From Nemertoderma westbladi (lineage: Eukaryota; Animalia; Xenacoelomorpha): a DNA stretch of 64,000 bases. The translations under genes and the position numbers were made by a program. The stretch spans positions 8,742 to 72,741 of the forward strand of contig JAUCBJ010003233.1 in the NCBI GenBank assembly GCA_032718475.1, read 5' to 3'. Positions 12,344-24,505 of the stretch are shown here, piece after piece. The notes below the pieces were generated by a model. That model had not been told where the DNA came from, ran no database searches, and saw only the letters and a list, made by a program, of their open reading frames with translations. Position 1 is the stretch's first letter. Every line of letters starts with the position of its first letter.

Positions 12344-13135
12344 ACAGTTATTACATTGTACTACCCTCAAACGCAAACCCCATAGAATTCCCGCGTAATA
12401 GCGCCAGCGATTTCCAAACAAATTTGCAAATTCCTTTACCTTTCGCTAAAGGGCAATGGTTAGTAGGTTTAACCGGTATAACGTACGTATCTAGTATCAG
12501 GTATGACAATTTATATAAAGGCCATAAAAAATAAAAAAATGTTTACAAGAGATGTTACTCTCCCCGAAGGATCTTTCCTATCATTGGAAAGGATCATTGA
12601 GTACTTCAACAAAAGCCTTATTAAAGGCTAAATTAATATAATTGATAATACAGCACGCTCTGGTAATATAACCATACATTTTAAAGGTAAACAGTTGTCG
12701 ATATTTGTCAGTAAACGTTTGGGTGGTTAACTAGGATTAACAGAACACGAGGTTGATGGCAAAGGTTTTATGTGTGTGCAAAATGCTGTAGGGGATTATC
12801 ACTTGCTAAGGATTGATTCATGGAATAATAAGTACGACTGCCATAAGCATCCTAATGCTGTCGAAATACTGGAACCCAACATAAATATACATATCAATTG
12901 CGTCGAACCTCAATTTGTAGACAATAGCGAATACCCTCTGTTGCGTAGCATACCCATAGAAGGGGAATATGGGCAAATTATTAGTCGAGAAGTTGAGGAA
13001 GTCTACTATAAAAAAGTTAATTCAACATCTAATTTACGTTATATACGAGTTTGGTTGATTGGAGATTCCGGAAATTTGTTGCGCTTTCATTATGGAAATT
13101 CAATATTGACGCTTCATTTTATACGAATTGATTGA
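12340..13135 (+). pseudogene. Minor capsid (penton) protein 2, fragmented
   Basis: YIVLPSNANPIEFPRNSASDF...WLVGLTGITY and CVEPQFVDNSEYPLLRSIP...ILTLHF are the same family motifs as penton 1. Confidence 0.75.
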
Positions 13136-13209
13136 GATAGTCACAATTTAATCGATGTAAATTATTTATTATTTATTATTATCCGATTATCTGAAGTAAT
13201 AGCGACTAT

Positions 13210-13803
13210 ATGGATAAATTTCTAAGTCGCAGCCGTGGGCGTGATTATTACCCGACGCTGGAAAACCCAGGAATAATAGTAGATTTCCAATATTATACGC
13301 ATCATCCGCAGATCGGCCAACACCCCGTTGCAACCATTTATTTTAAAGAGTTTGCGACTTATAATACTACCATCAAATCATTAGAAAACGTATGGTTTAT
13401 TAATGGTCCACCCGCAAAAATTTTAAGTTTAAGCGAATACGATCGTCTCACACAACTCGCCAATATTACGCATCACATTAATTTTGACTACGGATTTATG
13501 GACCAAAGCGTATTTAAAATGTACATACAGGAATGGTTACAAGAAAAAAAACGGTTGGGGTTTCAAATATTAATACGCGGAATACCGAAATTATTTATTT
13601 TAAAAAATGAATTTAATGTGAATGGAACACTTCTAGAAACGTACGGCATAAACGAAAAATATGTCGATTATGACACCAAATGTCTTTTCCACGATTATTC
13701 GGCAATAACAAATTGTGCCTACCATTCTGATAAAGATTCTTGTTTTAATTACTGTTCTATGAAACTCGCAGTTGGTTATGGGAAATGGTTGTCATCAAAT
13801 TAA
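13210..13803 (+). CDS. Conserved Polinton protein, possible DEDD/RNase H-like fold with Cys/His tail
   Basis: IIVDFQY...FKEFA N-terminal motif and CAYH...YCS C-terminus; the fold call is tentative. Confidence 0.55.
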   Translation: MDKFLSRSRGRDYYPTLENPGIIVDFQYYTHHPQIGQHPVATIYFKEFATYNTTIKSLENVWFINGPPAKILSLSEYDRLTQLANITHHINFDYGFMDQSVFKMYIQEWLQEKKRLGFQILIRGIPKLFILKNEFNVNGTLLETYGINEKYVDYDTKCLFHDYSAITNCAYHSDKDSCFNYCSMKLAVGYGKWLSSN

Positions 13804-14374
13804 TGTGTATATATTTATTAATTATATTGTATTATTATGTGGTACATATATTATTTGTTGATTACACATATACGTATGTAGTAAAGAATTATTATTATAC
13901 GTTATAATAAATACTCATAATAATAATGTCAGATTCTAATTTGTTTAAATTATATAGCACCCCACAAATCCAACTGGGAAGTGGGAATTATAGCGATATA
14001 CCCGTTTTTAAGGGTGGAAGCATTCTCCCCGGGTTTGGCCTATCTACTGGTATATGGAATAATAAGAATAATAAATTCGGCCAGCGATACACCCAAAATC
14101 GTCAGCGCGGGCGCGGAATATTAACAACTGGTCTGGGTATATTAGCGCGCAAGTTAGGGAGAAAGGTGCTAACTAAAGCACTCCCCAAAGCAGCGAAAGT
14201 AGCGCGGAAATACATAATACCAGAAGGAAAACGTATTTTACGCAGTAAAGCAGATGATTTGATAAATAAAGTGGCCACGCGGTTAGAACCTCATCCAAAG
14301 ACACGCCAAATCGCCCAACGGGTATACAATGAATTTACAAACCCGAAAAGTAAAAAAAAGTGGAGCGGGAAACG

Positions 14375-14403
14375 CACAGTGGGCCAGAGGTGGTCAAAAC
14401 TCA
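14375..14403 (+). repeat. Left TIR: heptamer, 12-bp spacer, nonamer-like TCAAAACTC
   Basis: CACAGTG GGCCAGAGGTGG TCAAAACTC. Confidence 0.85.
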
Positions 14404-15096
14404 AAAAAAATAATGTTTTCAAATTTTTTTTTTTGGCATCCCAAGTTAAAGGTGATATATATATTGACTAAAAAAAAGCAAAAAAAAATTTTTTTATTTC
14501 AAAATTTTCTGATTTTGGCAAAAATTTCAAAATTCTAGAATTTTTTGCACAATTTTCACATTTTATACACAAAATAAATATTTTTCCAATAAAATCAAAA
14601 CATTTTATTCAAATTGAAAAATTTTTTTTTTCAAAATGTTCTACTCTTCCAGTAGATTCCAAAAATGACACAATCGAGTTGGTAGGGGCAATAGTTTAAA
14701 ATTTATATTGTAAAATGTTCTAAAATATTTACAAAATGTGATAATTTTAAATTTTAGGAAGCCAGGGAAAAAAAGCTCCGCTGAGCTCCGCAAAAATTTG
14801 TATCAGATTTTGTTACTCGATCATTCATGGTTGAAAAACATCAAAAATTAGCTGCTACCATCTGCTACTTTTATGAGAAATCAAAAAAGTTGACCAGCAG
14901 AATTTTACGATATTTTGATTTTTAGGCTGTTTGCAGGTTCTCTGAGTGCCATGACACCATCATCTTCTCTACTCACTATTCTTATCTGGTTTCATTTAGC
15001 CAATCCCAATGGCTCTGTAATATTGAGGTTGTTAATGCATGAGCTTTGTGATTGGCTAATTGCGTAGGTTGTACCTGCCAATTCCACTATAAAGGA

Positions 15097-15390
15097 GCAG
15101 CATGGAAAGTATAATGATTCATTGTCATGTTGGAGAATTATACCTCACAGTCAGACAGTCACTACTGGATACTGGAATAATGCGATGTACTGCACAGCAC
15201 AGTGTGTTTTAAATTAGTATATAAAATACCGGTATCGTCTTATATAAGCAGCAGCATGGAAAGTATAATACTTCTTTGTCATGTTGGATAATTATATCTC
15301 ATAGTCAGACAGTCACTTGAATAATGCGATGTACTGCACAATGTGACTTAAATTAGTATAATAAATACAAGTATTGACTTATATAATCTT
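15097..15390. repeat. Two-copy ~150-bp tandem duplication in Transib 5' region
   Basis: gcagcatggaaagtataat...agtcagacagtcact...aaattagtata occurs twice. Confidence 0.8.
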
Positions 15391-15545
15391 GAGTTAACTT
15401 GCTTTGCAATCACTTCTGGCTCTGCTATCACTTCTTACTCTATAAATTAAAATTACAGCACATTTTTTAAAAGTTTATGAGAATCTATAAATACATCTTA
15501 TCACAAATATAATATTTAAATATTAAGTAAAATAGTACAAACAAA

Positions 15546-17613
15546 ATGTTGCGTATTGATCTACATAATTATATCAGGTCCAACCTAGAGGGAAAATCCC
15601 CAATCAATCCACTCAATTTGATGCTCTTTTAAATTTTGTCATGGAGCAGAACCCATCTGCCTCATCTTTGAAAGTTGGTAAAATTCTTAGAACATTCTTA
15701 ATAAAGTACAGAGCTAAGTGGCAATCAGCATGTCGAATCCTGTCTAAATTCGAAAATAAAAATTATGCATGGCTTCATTCGACCTTTGTAGCTGAAGGTG
15801 ATTGTTTACCATCGCCAGTTACACCTCAGCAACAACAACATCAGCAAGATCATATGAATGTTGAGGCGGGAGAAAATAATTATTTTTCTCGCAAAAATAA
15901 ATCAGGTAGAAGAACAATAGACTTTGGGGAAGCTTCAGATCGTACGAAACGCAGACGAGTACAGGAAATAACATCGGAATTTAAAACTCCTGCTCTTGTC
16001 GCAGCAACTGCAGCTTCCTTGAAAGCTGAAGGTAGAAAACGTACATCTGAAATAATCAAGCATGTTTCTACCGAGCCCGAATCATCTGTAGTATATTCTG
16101 ATGATGAAGCTCTTGCACTAATGCTCGATGGAAAATTAAGTAAATCAATGTACCAGATAATCAGAAACAAAGCATGTTCTAAGGGTGTCAACATCTACCC
16201 AGCATACAATCACGTCCGGGAAGCCAAAAATAGGTGTTACCCATTAGGAATAATTTCCCAGGATTATCAGGCATCTGTCCCATTGCAAAACCTGCTTGAC
16301 CATACCACCAAACGTATTTGTGACACTAGTAGTGAAGTAATTCACTCAATCATCACTAATACGGGCGAAATTTGCCGAATGGTGTTGCGAAGCAAGGTGG
16401 GTTTTGATGGGAGCACTGGACAGTCCTCATACAAACAGCTTCCAAGTTCTGGAGCAAACTTTGCTGATGACTCATCCATATTTATTACATGCTTGGTTCC
16501 ACTGGAACTCCGAGCTTTTACAGAATGCAGCCCACATCATAAGGTTGTATGGCGAAACCCCATCCTTCGTCTACCTTATATTGTAGACCAGTTCGCTTCG
16601 AGTATACCAAAGAAACAACTCAGCGAATCACCGATGAGCAAGAGAGGCTATTTAAAGAGATAGCTGATGTAAAATCAAGCTGTAGTGAAGTCATCCCTGC
16701 TGATACCTCTCTGTCTAAGCTCTCAGTAATGCACATCATTGATGTAACAATGATAGATGGCAAGGTACACACCGCGCTGTCTGATATGACTGACAGCAGC
16801 CAAAGTTGTTCTTTGTGTGGCGCCACACCTTCACTTATGAATGAAATTGACCTTCTGTTGAAGAGAAAAGTCACAGAAAAGAACTCCATGTACCACCATG
16901 GTCTTTCCACACTTCATCAGTGGATCCGTTTTCTGGAATGCTTGCTGCATATAGCCTACAGAAGAACACTTAAAGTATGGTCTGTTAGGGGTAAAACTGC
17001 AAAGCAGATTATGAAAACGGAGAAAGCACTGATCCAAGACCAGTTTCATACTGAACTTGGGTTAATCATAGATCAACCCAAATCTGGTGGCTCTGGTACT
17101 TCCAATGATGGAAATACAGCAAGAAGGGTATTCCAAAATGCTGAGGTCTCTGCCAGAATACTTGGCATTGACAAATCATTCCTAGATCGACTGCACATCA
17201 TCCTAATTTCTCTTTGTTGTGGCTTCGATGTTGATGCTGACAAATTTCAAGAATATGCCCTTGAAACAGCTAGACGTTATGTAACCCTTTTTCCATGGTA
17301 CTACATGCCACAATCAATGCATAAGGTCCTAATCCATGGACACCTTGCAATTAAATCTTTGTCCTTGCCAATAGGCATGTATAGTGAAGAGGCACAGGAA
17401 GCTCGAAACAAAGATTTCAAGAGGTTCAGAGAGGGTTTCTCACGGAAATCTTCAAGGGTTGATACGAACCGTGATCTGATGAACCGATGGCTTTATTCAT
17501 CAGACCCATATATCTCATCACTACGTAACGTTACCAACAACATCAAAAGGACTGCAATTCCTGAAGATGTGTTACATCTTCTGAAACCATTTGATGTTGA
17601 CAAAATATTTTAA
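15546..17613 (+). pseudogene. Transib transposase (RAG1-core homolog), 1-2 single-base frameshifts
   Basis: NBD*-like GRRTIDFGEASDRTKRRR; catalytic GFDG, TMIDGK and SEEAQE; CSLC plus LH and HKVLIH zinc ligands; GSGTSNDGNTARR; frameshift in C4 run at 16558-16561 (WRNP/HPSSTLYCRP). Confidence 0.93.
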
Positions 17614-17631
17614 AATTTAGTATACTGATAA

Positions 17632-17882
17632 GCTTGGGATCCCGTAAGAATCCAACATTCTGGTTTTAGGCTTCCAGCAATAGGTCAAACAAAAAGCCAA
17701 TAGCACATATAGTAAGCACTTGGCTTGGGATCCAATAAGACTCCAACATTCTGGTTTTGGGCTTCCAGCATTAGGTCAAACAAAAAGCCAATAGCACATA
17801 TAGTATGCACTTGGCTTGGGATCCAATAAGACTCCAACATTCTGGTTTTTGGCTTCCAGCCTTAGGTCAAACAAAAAGTCAA
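17632..17882. repeat. ~91-bp tandem repeat x3
   Basis: gcttgggatcc...ccaacattctggtttt...ggtcaaacaaaaag repeated. Confidence 0.85.
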
Positions 17883-18034
17883 ACTCTGTCTCCCTGCAAC
17901 ACGTTGACGTCGTGGCAGAGCTTAATGCTGAAAAAATACTTTAGTTTACTAAGTTTGCAGGAAATTGTACCACTTTTATGGAACATGTCAAAATAATCGC
18001 ATCAAAAGCTTTGAAAATTTGTGTGTGATAATTT

Positions 18035-18730
18035 GTGCCATGCTAAACAGATATGCCATGTGCCACATGCTAAAAAGTGGCACCTATATGCCACTAGATA
18101 ATTCGAAACAATTTGTAATCTAATCACCACCTTTGAAAACCTATAAAAACAGAAAATGGCACATTTCTATGAAGTAATAGAGATTTGGATATTTGGTGCC
18201 ATGCTAAACACATGTGCCAAATGCTAAAAAGTGGCATCTATGTGCACTAGATAATTCGAAACCATTTGTAATCGAATCAGCACCTTTGAAAACCTATAAA
18301 TCCCGAAAATGGAACATTTCTATGAAGCAATAGATATTTTGATATTTTGTGCCATGCTAAACACATGTGCCAAATGCTAAAAAGTGGCACCTATGTGCCA
18401 CTAGATAATTCGAAACCATTTGTAATTGAATCAGCACCTTTGAAAACCTATAAATCCCGAAAATGGAACATTTCTATGAAGCAATAGATATTTTGATATT
18501 TTGTGCCATGCTAAACACATGTGCCAAATGCTAAAAAGTGGCACCTATGTGCCACTAGATAATTCGAAACAATTTGTAATCTAATCACCACCTTTGAAAA
18601 CCTATAAATACCGAAAATGCAACATTTCTATGAAGCAATAGAGATTTTGATATTTTGTGCCATTCTTAACACATGTGCCATGTGCCACAAGCTCAAAAGT
18701 CACTTCTACGGTACTAGAGAATTTGAAACC
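18035..18730. repeat. ~154-bp subterminal tandem repeat x4-5 in Transib
   Basis: gtgccatgctaaacacatgtgcc...ctagataattcgaaac...acctttgaaaacctataaa units, e.g. starting 18349 and 18503. Confidence 0.9.
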
Positions 18731-18952
18731 ATTTGTTAACGCGTCAGCACCCTGTTAAACCTTGTGAAACCGAAATCTGTGCCATTCTGCCTGTGTCTAT
18801 TGTGTTTGCCAAATATGCCGATTTTGGCACGTGCCAGAAATGGCACAAAGCTACCATTTGAGAATTTGAAACCCATCTCAGAAGATTCGCCGCTGTCGAA
18901 AACCCTTACAGGTTAAAAATTGTGCTCAAATCATGAATATTTTTAGAAATAA

Positions 18953-18991
18953 TGAATTTTGGCCGCAAAACAGGGTTTCTGGCCCACTGTG
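18953..18991 (-). repeat. Right TIR: heptamer, 22-bp spacer, nonamer-like CCAAAATTC
   Basis: Reverse complement CACAGTG GGCCAGAAACCCTGTTTTGCGG CCAAAATTC. Confidence 0.85.
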
Positions 18992-19082
18992 AAACGGCGA
19001 CACCCAAGTGTGGGTATGAACGTTGGGCGCAAACGTAAAAAGCGAAATAATAAATGTCGTGATAGTTTTATATAACTTAACA

Positions 19083-20333
19083 ATGAGTAAATTAGAATTA
19101 TCCTTATTCTCGAGTAAAACAAATCAGCAAGAATATACATCTTCACATTTTTTGGATATCTACCCGATTTCTACTCTTGACGCGAATGCCAGGCAAATAG
19201 AGTTCTTTATACCCCAGTCAAATGTTCTATATACTGATTTAAAGAATTCGAAATTTCACATTAAATATAAAATTACATAGGATGGTAATAGGGCTAACGA
19301 CTATACAACCCTCCATCATCTTAATTACCCGGGTGGGTCACTATTTGAAAATTGTTCGTTATACCTAAATGAAAAGCTAGTTGAAACCTCGAATGGGTTC
19401 TACGCCTATAAGTCTACGTTTCAGACATTACTGTTGACAGATGCTAACGAAAAACGCGGTATTTTAAGAGCTGGCGGTTATGAAGATACAAATAATAATC
19501 TAGGCGGGGTACCTGTCGCTACTGAGAATGACGTTCGTGGGAATTATGTTAAATTCGTTGTGGCCCCAATTTTTTTAGACCTAACAAGCCAGGACAAATT
19601 ACTGCCGCCGGGAATTAACATTTGACTTCGTATAGACCGAGTATCGAATAATTTTTTTTTGAAAGTTGAACCCCCCGCAGGATTGGTAAACCCAAGAGTT
19701 GAAATCATGAATATTAATTTAAAAATAAAACGCCACAGGATTGATGCCGAGGTTATGCGGGCGCATTTGTTGGGGTCACAAAAAAATGACATTATTTATA
19801 ACTTGTTAAAACAAGAAGTGAAAACCTTCACTATTGGCGGCGGACAGTCCAGTTATACAGAATCGAACATAATCCAAGGGAAATTACCTAAGTATATTTT
19901 GATTGGAATGCTTACCAACGCCAGCTTCAACGGGGAATTAAGCAGTAATCCGCTACATTTTAACCATTTCGGTTTAAATTATGCCGAACTAAACATCGAC
20001 TCCCGTATTATACACGGATATCCATATCGCCCTAACTTTCCGGAAAACAATTTTATGTTGGAATTCGAAAGTTTAATGAACGTGTTCAAGAGCTTGAGCG
20101 GCGTATTTTGCTCGCTAACACCAGAACAGTTTCGTACCCAATTTCCTTTGATCGTATTTGATCTTACCGCTGGAGGCGATCAAAGCCACGAGATTCAACC
20201 TAGTATTCATACAAGCGGGCATTTGATTCTGAAATTTAGTAATGCGCTAGTTAACACTATTAACATTATATTAATGGCAAGCTATGACGCTCTTCTATCT
20301 ATTTCGGAAGCCAAGGAAATAATAACCGAATAA
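19083..20333 (+). pseudogene. Major capsid protein (double jelly-roll, hexon-like) with two in-frame stops
   Basis: ELSLF, IEFFIP, YTDLKNS, SLFENCSLYLNE, FYAYK, QDKLLP, GKLPKYILIGM, NPLHFNHF, FDLT; three ORFs in one frame separated by TAG 19278 and TGA 19623. Confidence 0.9.
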
Positions 20334-20427
20334 ATAAAGATCTCGCATAGTACAAAGTAAGCGAAGCCACACCGCCTGTGGAATTAGAAAAATTCTCTTA
20401 AACTTTTAATGATACGCGTACGCTAAG

Positions 20428-20868
20428 ATGCTGGACTCTATACAATTAGCGAAATTCCCGGTGGGGCCCGAATACATCGGTGTTTACGCAATCGACCAAT
20501 TACACCTAATACACGCAAAAAAAAATAAGCATAAACAAAATTATTCATTTATTATTAATAATCAACGTATAGGCCTACCGGGGCAACACTGGTCTTGCGT
20601 AAGCGTGGTTAAGAGAATTGCTTATTATTTAGATTCGTTTGGTAAAGCCCCTCCACCGAAAATATCATATTGGTTGCATAAATATACCCAAAGGCATACT
20701 TGGAATCGTAAAATATTTCAAGCGCCGCAATCGACTCAGTGTGGTCTATTTTGTCTGTATTATTTAACCGAGGTGCCGAAAAATCCCGGAGCAATGAATA
20801 TATTCACCTCTAATTTGCGGTACAATGATTTATTGTTATTACTGTGGACACTTTCATTAATAAAATAA
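20428..20868 (+). CDS. Adenain-like cysteine maturation protease
   Basis: PGQHW, YLDSFG, FQAPQSTQCGLFC give the His/Asp/Gln/Cys catalytic set. Confidence 0.92.
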   Translation: MLDSIQLAKFPVGPEYIGVYAIDQLHLIHAKKNKHKQNYSFIINNQRIGLPGQHWSCVSVVKRIAYYLDSFGKAPPPKISYWLHKYTQRHTWNRKIFQAPQSTQCGLFCLYYLTEVPKNPGAMNIFTSNLRYNDLLLLLWTLSLIK

Positions 20869-21944
20869 TTTATTTATTTCGGTTATGGGTATATTCAATT
20901 GCGGTGTGTGAACATATTATTAGCGTTAATATTAATAATAAATATTTATTTCTTGGGTATATAGTAATAGCAATATTTTTAATAAATATATGGGACGTGG
21001 TAAGTGACGTGGGTGGGGTCTTCACGCGGCACTATTCGTTTTTAATTTTCATCGACAATCACAGAAACCTTGTGAGGTGAAGTCTTTAACGTGTGGGCGC
21101 CAGTAATAAAACTGGAATAATAATTGGACATAGAGCACATTGGGACCCAACTCTTTCCATTATATACCAAGCATCTGCCGCCCAACCTATGTGGTTAACA
21201 CAAAGGCCAGAATCTCTATCCATGCTACGCGCATTAGACAATAATTAAACGCTCTAACGACAATCAAAGGTCTGGGTTCAATTTACTCGCATATGTGGCC
21301 GGTTTCACAAAAGAAGAAATAAGCTATATACGAAGCATAGATAATTAGCCTTACCAAATTAGCTAGTTCTGTTATAGTTTACTATATTAACATCGGGAAT
21401 AGCGATACCGAATTCACTTTATTAATTACATTATTAAATTATTATAAACTATCTAAATAAACTAAAACATATCGACATAATGGCTACAGGCGGTGATAAA
21501 TAAACCTCGGAGGTTGCCGCAACTTTATTGTGGGTGAGACGGCGGCAAGAGGTACGAAGCGAGGCAAACCCGAATCCAGAAGCAGAAGACTCCATCCAAC
21601 AAGTACCTGTTTCCGGCAGGGTGCCCCAAACTTACAGCGTGGGGAGTCGCGGGGGTACCATTGAACCCCTTAGAAGGCCTAATACACCGATGGCAACGTT
21701 GTATAGGCCTATCAATTTTTATCCGGCGATTGGTAGGCCTCTTAGGCCTATTGCCATGGTATTTCCAAATAGGCGGCCCCGAGGGCGAGGTCGTGGCTTA
21801 TCAACGTGGTTCCCCCCGGATCCGCTGCAAGAAGGGGTAGTCCCTGCGGAGCCGGGTAGAATTGTTGGTGGGGGAGTCCGCCCAACTTGTGCCTGCCCCC
21901 CAAGAATGATAGGGCAAACAAGAATGCTGCCTCCCACCCAACAT

Positions 21945-23400
21945 TAATGTAAGTAATAATTTAATTTCAACAATTAATATAATAACAATAAATAATTACC
22001 AAAATTCAACAATAGTACCCACACGCTAAAGGCTTTGCTCACTCCGCGCCGCCCGGGTACCCATATTCTAAGGCTTCGTTCGATTCATGGCTCGTCCTAT
22101 TTTTTCATCAAATCACTGTATAACCGAGTTATTAGCAATTAAAACTTATGTTGGCGCCGGACGGCGATAAGACAACTCACCGATAGCGCCTATATACCGC
22201 CACCTACCGAAAATTAATGTAAGTAATAATTTCGGAAATTATTATAATAACAATAATAATCAACAAATTCAACAATAGTTCCTATACATGCTAAAGGCTT
22301 TGCTTACTTCGTGCTGCACGAAGGCTCAGGATATCAGGTTAGCGTGCTATAGCCAGATGCATACCCCCGGAAGTCCAGATAGTTCTCTATACACGGGTGT
22401 GGTACCCAATCAATGTATGTATGCCCACCAAGAATAATCGATCAAACTCACCCCACAACTCGTTAATGGTACCCCTATTCTAAGGCTTCGCTCGCTTCAT
22501 GGCTCATCCCAATTTTGTCATCAAATCACTGTGTAACCGAGTTATTAGCAATTAAAATTTATGTCGGCGCCGGACGGCGATTAGGCAACTATCCGATTGC
22601 ACCTATATGCTTTCACACACTTCATGGCTCGCCCCCCTCCGCATATAAGTAGAATAATCATATTAAAAATTAATATTATAAATACTATAACTTTATACTC
22701 ACTTCACGGCTCGCCCCACAACTAGTTGCTTAGCAATAACTATAGAATTGTAATATTGGTCGTTAGTTGAATACAATAACCTTACTTCGATGCTATCACT
22801 CACTTCATGGCTCGCCCCATAAGTCTGTGTTTATTTACCTTTTTAGTTGTTGCGTCATAACCTTACTTCGATGCTATCACTCACTTCATGGCTCGCCCCA
22901 TAGGTAGAATAATCAAATTAAAATAATATTATAAATACTATAACCTTAACCCATATGCTAAGGCTTCACTCGCTTCATGGCTCACCCCATTTTTTCATCA
23001 AATCACGAAATCATGTTAAAGACTTTATAACAAACGTCTGCAACCCCCTTACTATATTGGGTTTTACCTATCGCGGTTCAAGGTCAAACGCCAATCACTC
23101 ACTTCATGGCTCGCCCCATAAGTCTGTGTTTATTTACCTTTTTAGTTGTTGCGTCATAACCTTACTTCGATGCTATCACTTACTTCATGGCTCGCCCCAT
23201 AGGTAGAATAATCAAATTAAAAATAATATTATAAATACTATATATAACCTTAACCCATATGCTAAGGCTTCACTCGCTTCATGGCTCTCCCCCATTTTTT
23301 CATCAAATCACGAAATCATGTTAAAGACTTTTATAACAAACGTCTGCAACCCACTTACTATATTGGGTTTTACCTATTGCGGTTCAAGGTCAAACGCCAA
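21945..23400. repeat. Complex direct-repeat region, probable Polinton subterminal/TIR region
   Basis: Recurrent cttcatggctcgcccc motif, ~300-bp tandem duplication 22795-23400, duplicated blocks near 21945/22215 and 22065/22475. Confidence 0.6.
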
Positions 23401-23989
23401 CCGGTAGACACGAATTAATTAAATTACTTCCGTCTGCGAACTGGCCTTATACCGCATATGTCACATATACACAGTGGTGACATATGTTACATATGCACAA
23501 TGGTAACCATAGTAAGTGGGCGGGGCAACACAATAGTAATCATAGTAAGTAGGCGGGGCAAGAGCCGTTCGGCAAATTCTTTAACATGGTAGACTATGGC
23601 AGACGCTGTTTTATTTCAGCTGTTTATCATACTACTCACCCGGGCAATGTAGCGCCAGCGGCACGCCAGGCCGAACGCCAACCCCACATAGGCGCAGTGC
23701 GGGTCCACCGCCGCTATATCGCTAAGTCGTTCGACGTCGGCTGCGAACCCCTCAACCCTCTCCTAGTATTATTTCTACTTAGATAACCCCTATAGTTTGA
23801 ATACAAGGAAAACTAGCTATTCTCTACTGTGCTAGTTTCGTACCAGGCAACCTCCTGGCCCTATATCAAACACTCTAAACTTACTCTATGGGCCGTGCAG
23901 TACAGTAGCCTGTCTCGTGCGGCCTACACGGTCTATCCTGCTGTACCCACGTGCCCCCCTCTCCCTTTCGTGGCGCTCTCAATGTCCAC

Positions 23990-24505
23990 AACCTCTACGG
24001 TACTACGTACCCTACTACTACTCTTATGGTATATCTATATACCATACTCTCTACTCTCTTACTACTAACTTTACTAACTCTAACTTCTAACTCTATCGGT
24101 ACTATGTACCCTGCCACTACTCTCGTGGTATGTTTATAAACCACACTCCCTAACTTCTAGCTGCCTACGGTACTATGTACCCTGCTACTCTTGTTGTATG
24201 TCAATATACCACACTCCCTAACTTCTAACTGCCTGTGGTACTATGTACCCTACTACTCTCGTGGTACGTCAATGTACCACACTCCCTAACTTCTAACTGC
24301 CTGCGGTACTATGTACCCTACTACTTTCCTGGTACGTCAATGTACCACACTTCCTAAATTCTAACTGCCTGCGGTACTATGTACCCTACTACTTTCGTGG
24401 TAGGTCAATGTACCACACTCCCTAACTTCTAACTGCCTGTGGTACTATGTTCCCTACTACTCTTGTGGTACGTCAATGTACCACACTCCCTAACTTCTAA
24501 CTACT
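23990..24505. repeat. ~68-bp tandem repeat (x~7) inside the remnant LTR
   Basis: taacttctaactgcctgcggtactatgtaccctactact...gtggtacgtcaatgtaccacactccc at 68-bp period (24219, 24287, 24355). Confidence 0.85.

Larger units (their letters stand above)
14375..18991 (+). mobile_element. Transib (RAG1-superfamily) DNA transposon
   Basis: Ends CACAGTGGGCCAGA...TCTGGCCCACTGTG; 5-bp TSD AAACG at 14370-14374 and 18992-18996; Transib transposase inside. Confidence 0.96.
13926..19075 (+). pseudogene. Basic Polinton core protein gene split by the Transib insertion
   Basis: QLGSG, PVFKGG, QRGRG motifs; removing 14375-18996 restores the frame ...WSGKRRHPSVGMNVGRKRKKRNNKCRDSFI* ending 19075. Confidence 0.8.
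1..23586 (+). mobile_element. Polinton/Maverick (adintovirus-like) endogenous element, degraded; left end outside window, right end approximate
   Basis: Dense intronless cluster of pPolB, A32/FtsK-like ATPase, retroviral-type integrase, minor and major capsids and adenain protease; several genes carry stops or frameshifts. Confidence 0.93.

Noticed and set aside
14400-18950. RAG2-like partner gene within the Transib
   Set aside because: Non-transposase space is AT-rich or tandemly repeated with no kelch-like ORF visible
21528-21947. Pro/Arg-rich 139-aa ORF
   Set aside because: Non-ATG start, low complexity and no recognisable motif; may be a decayed Polinton gene but cannot be supported
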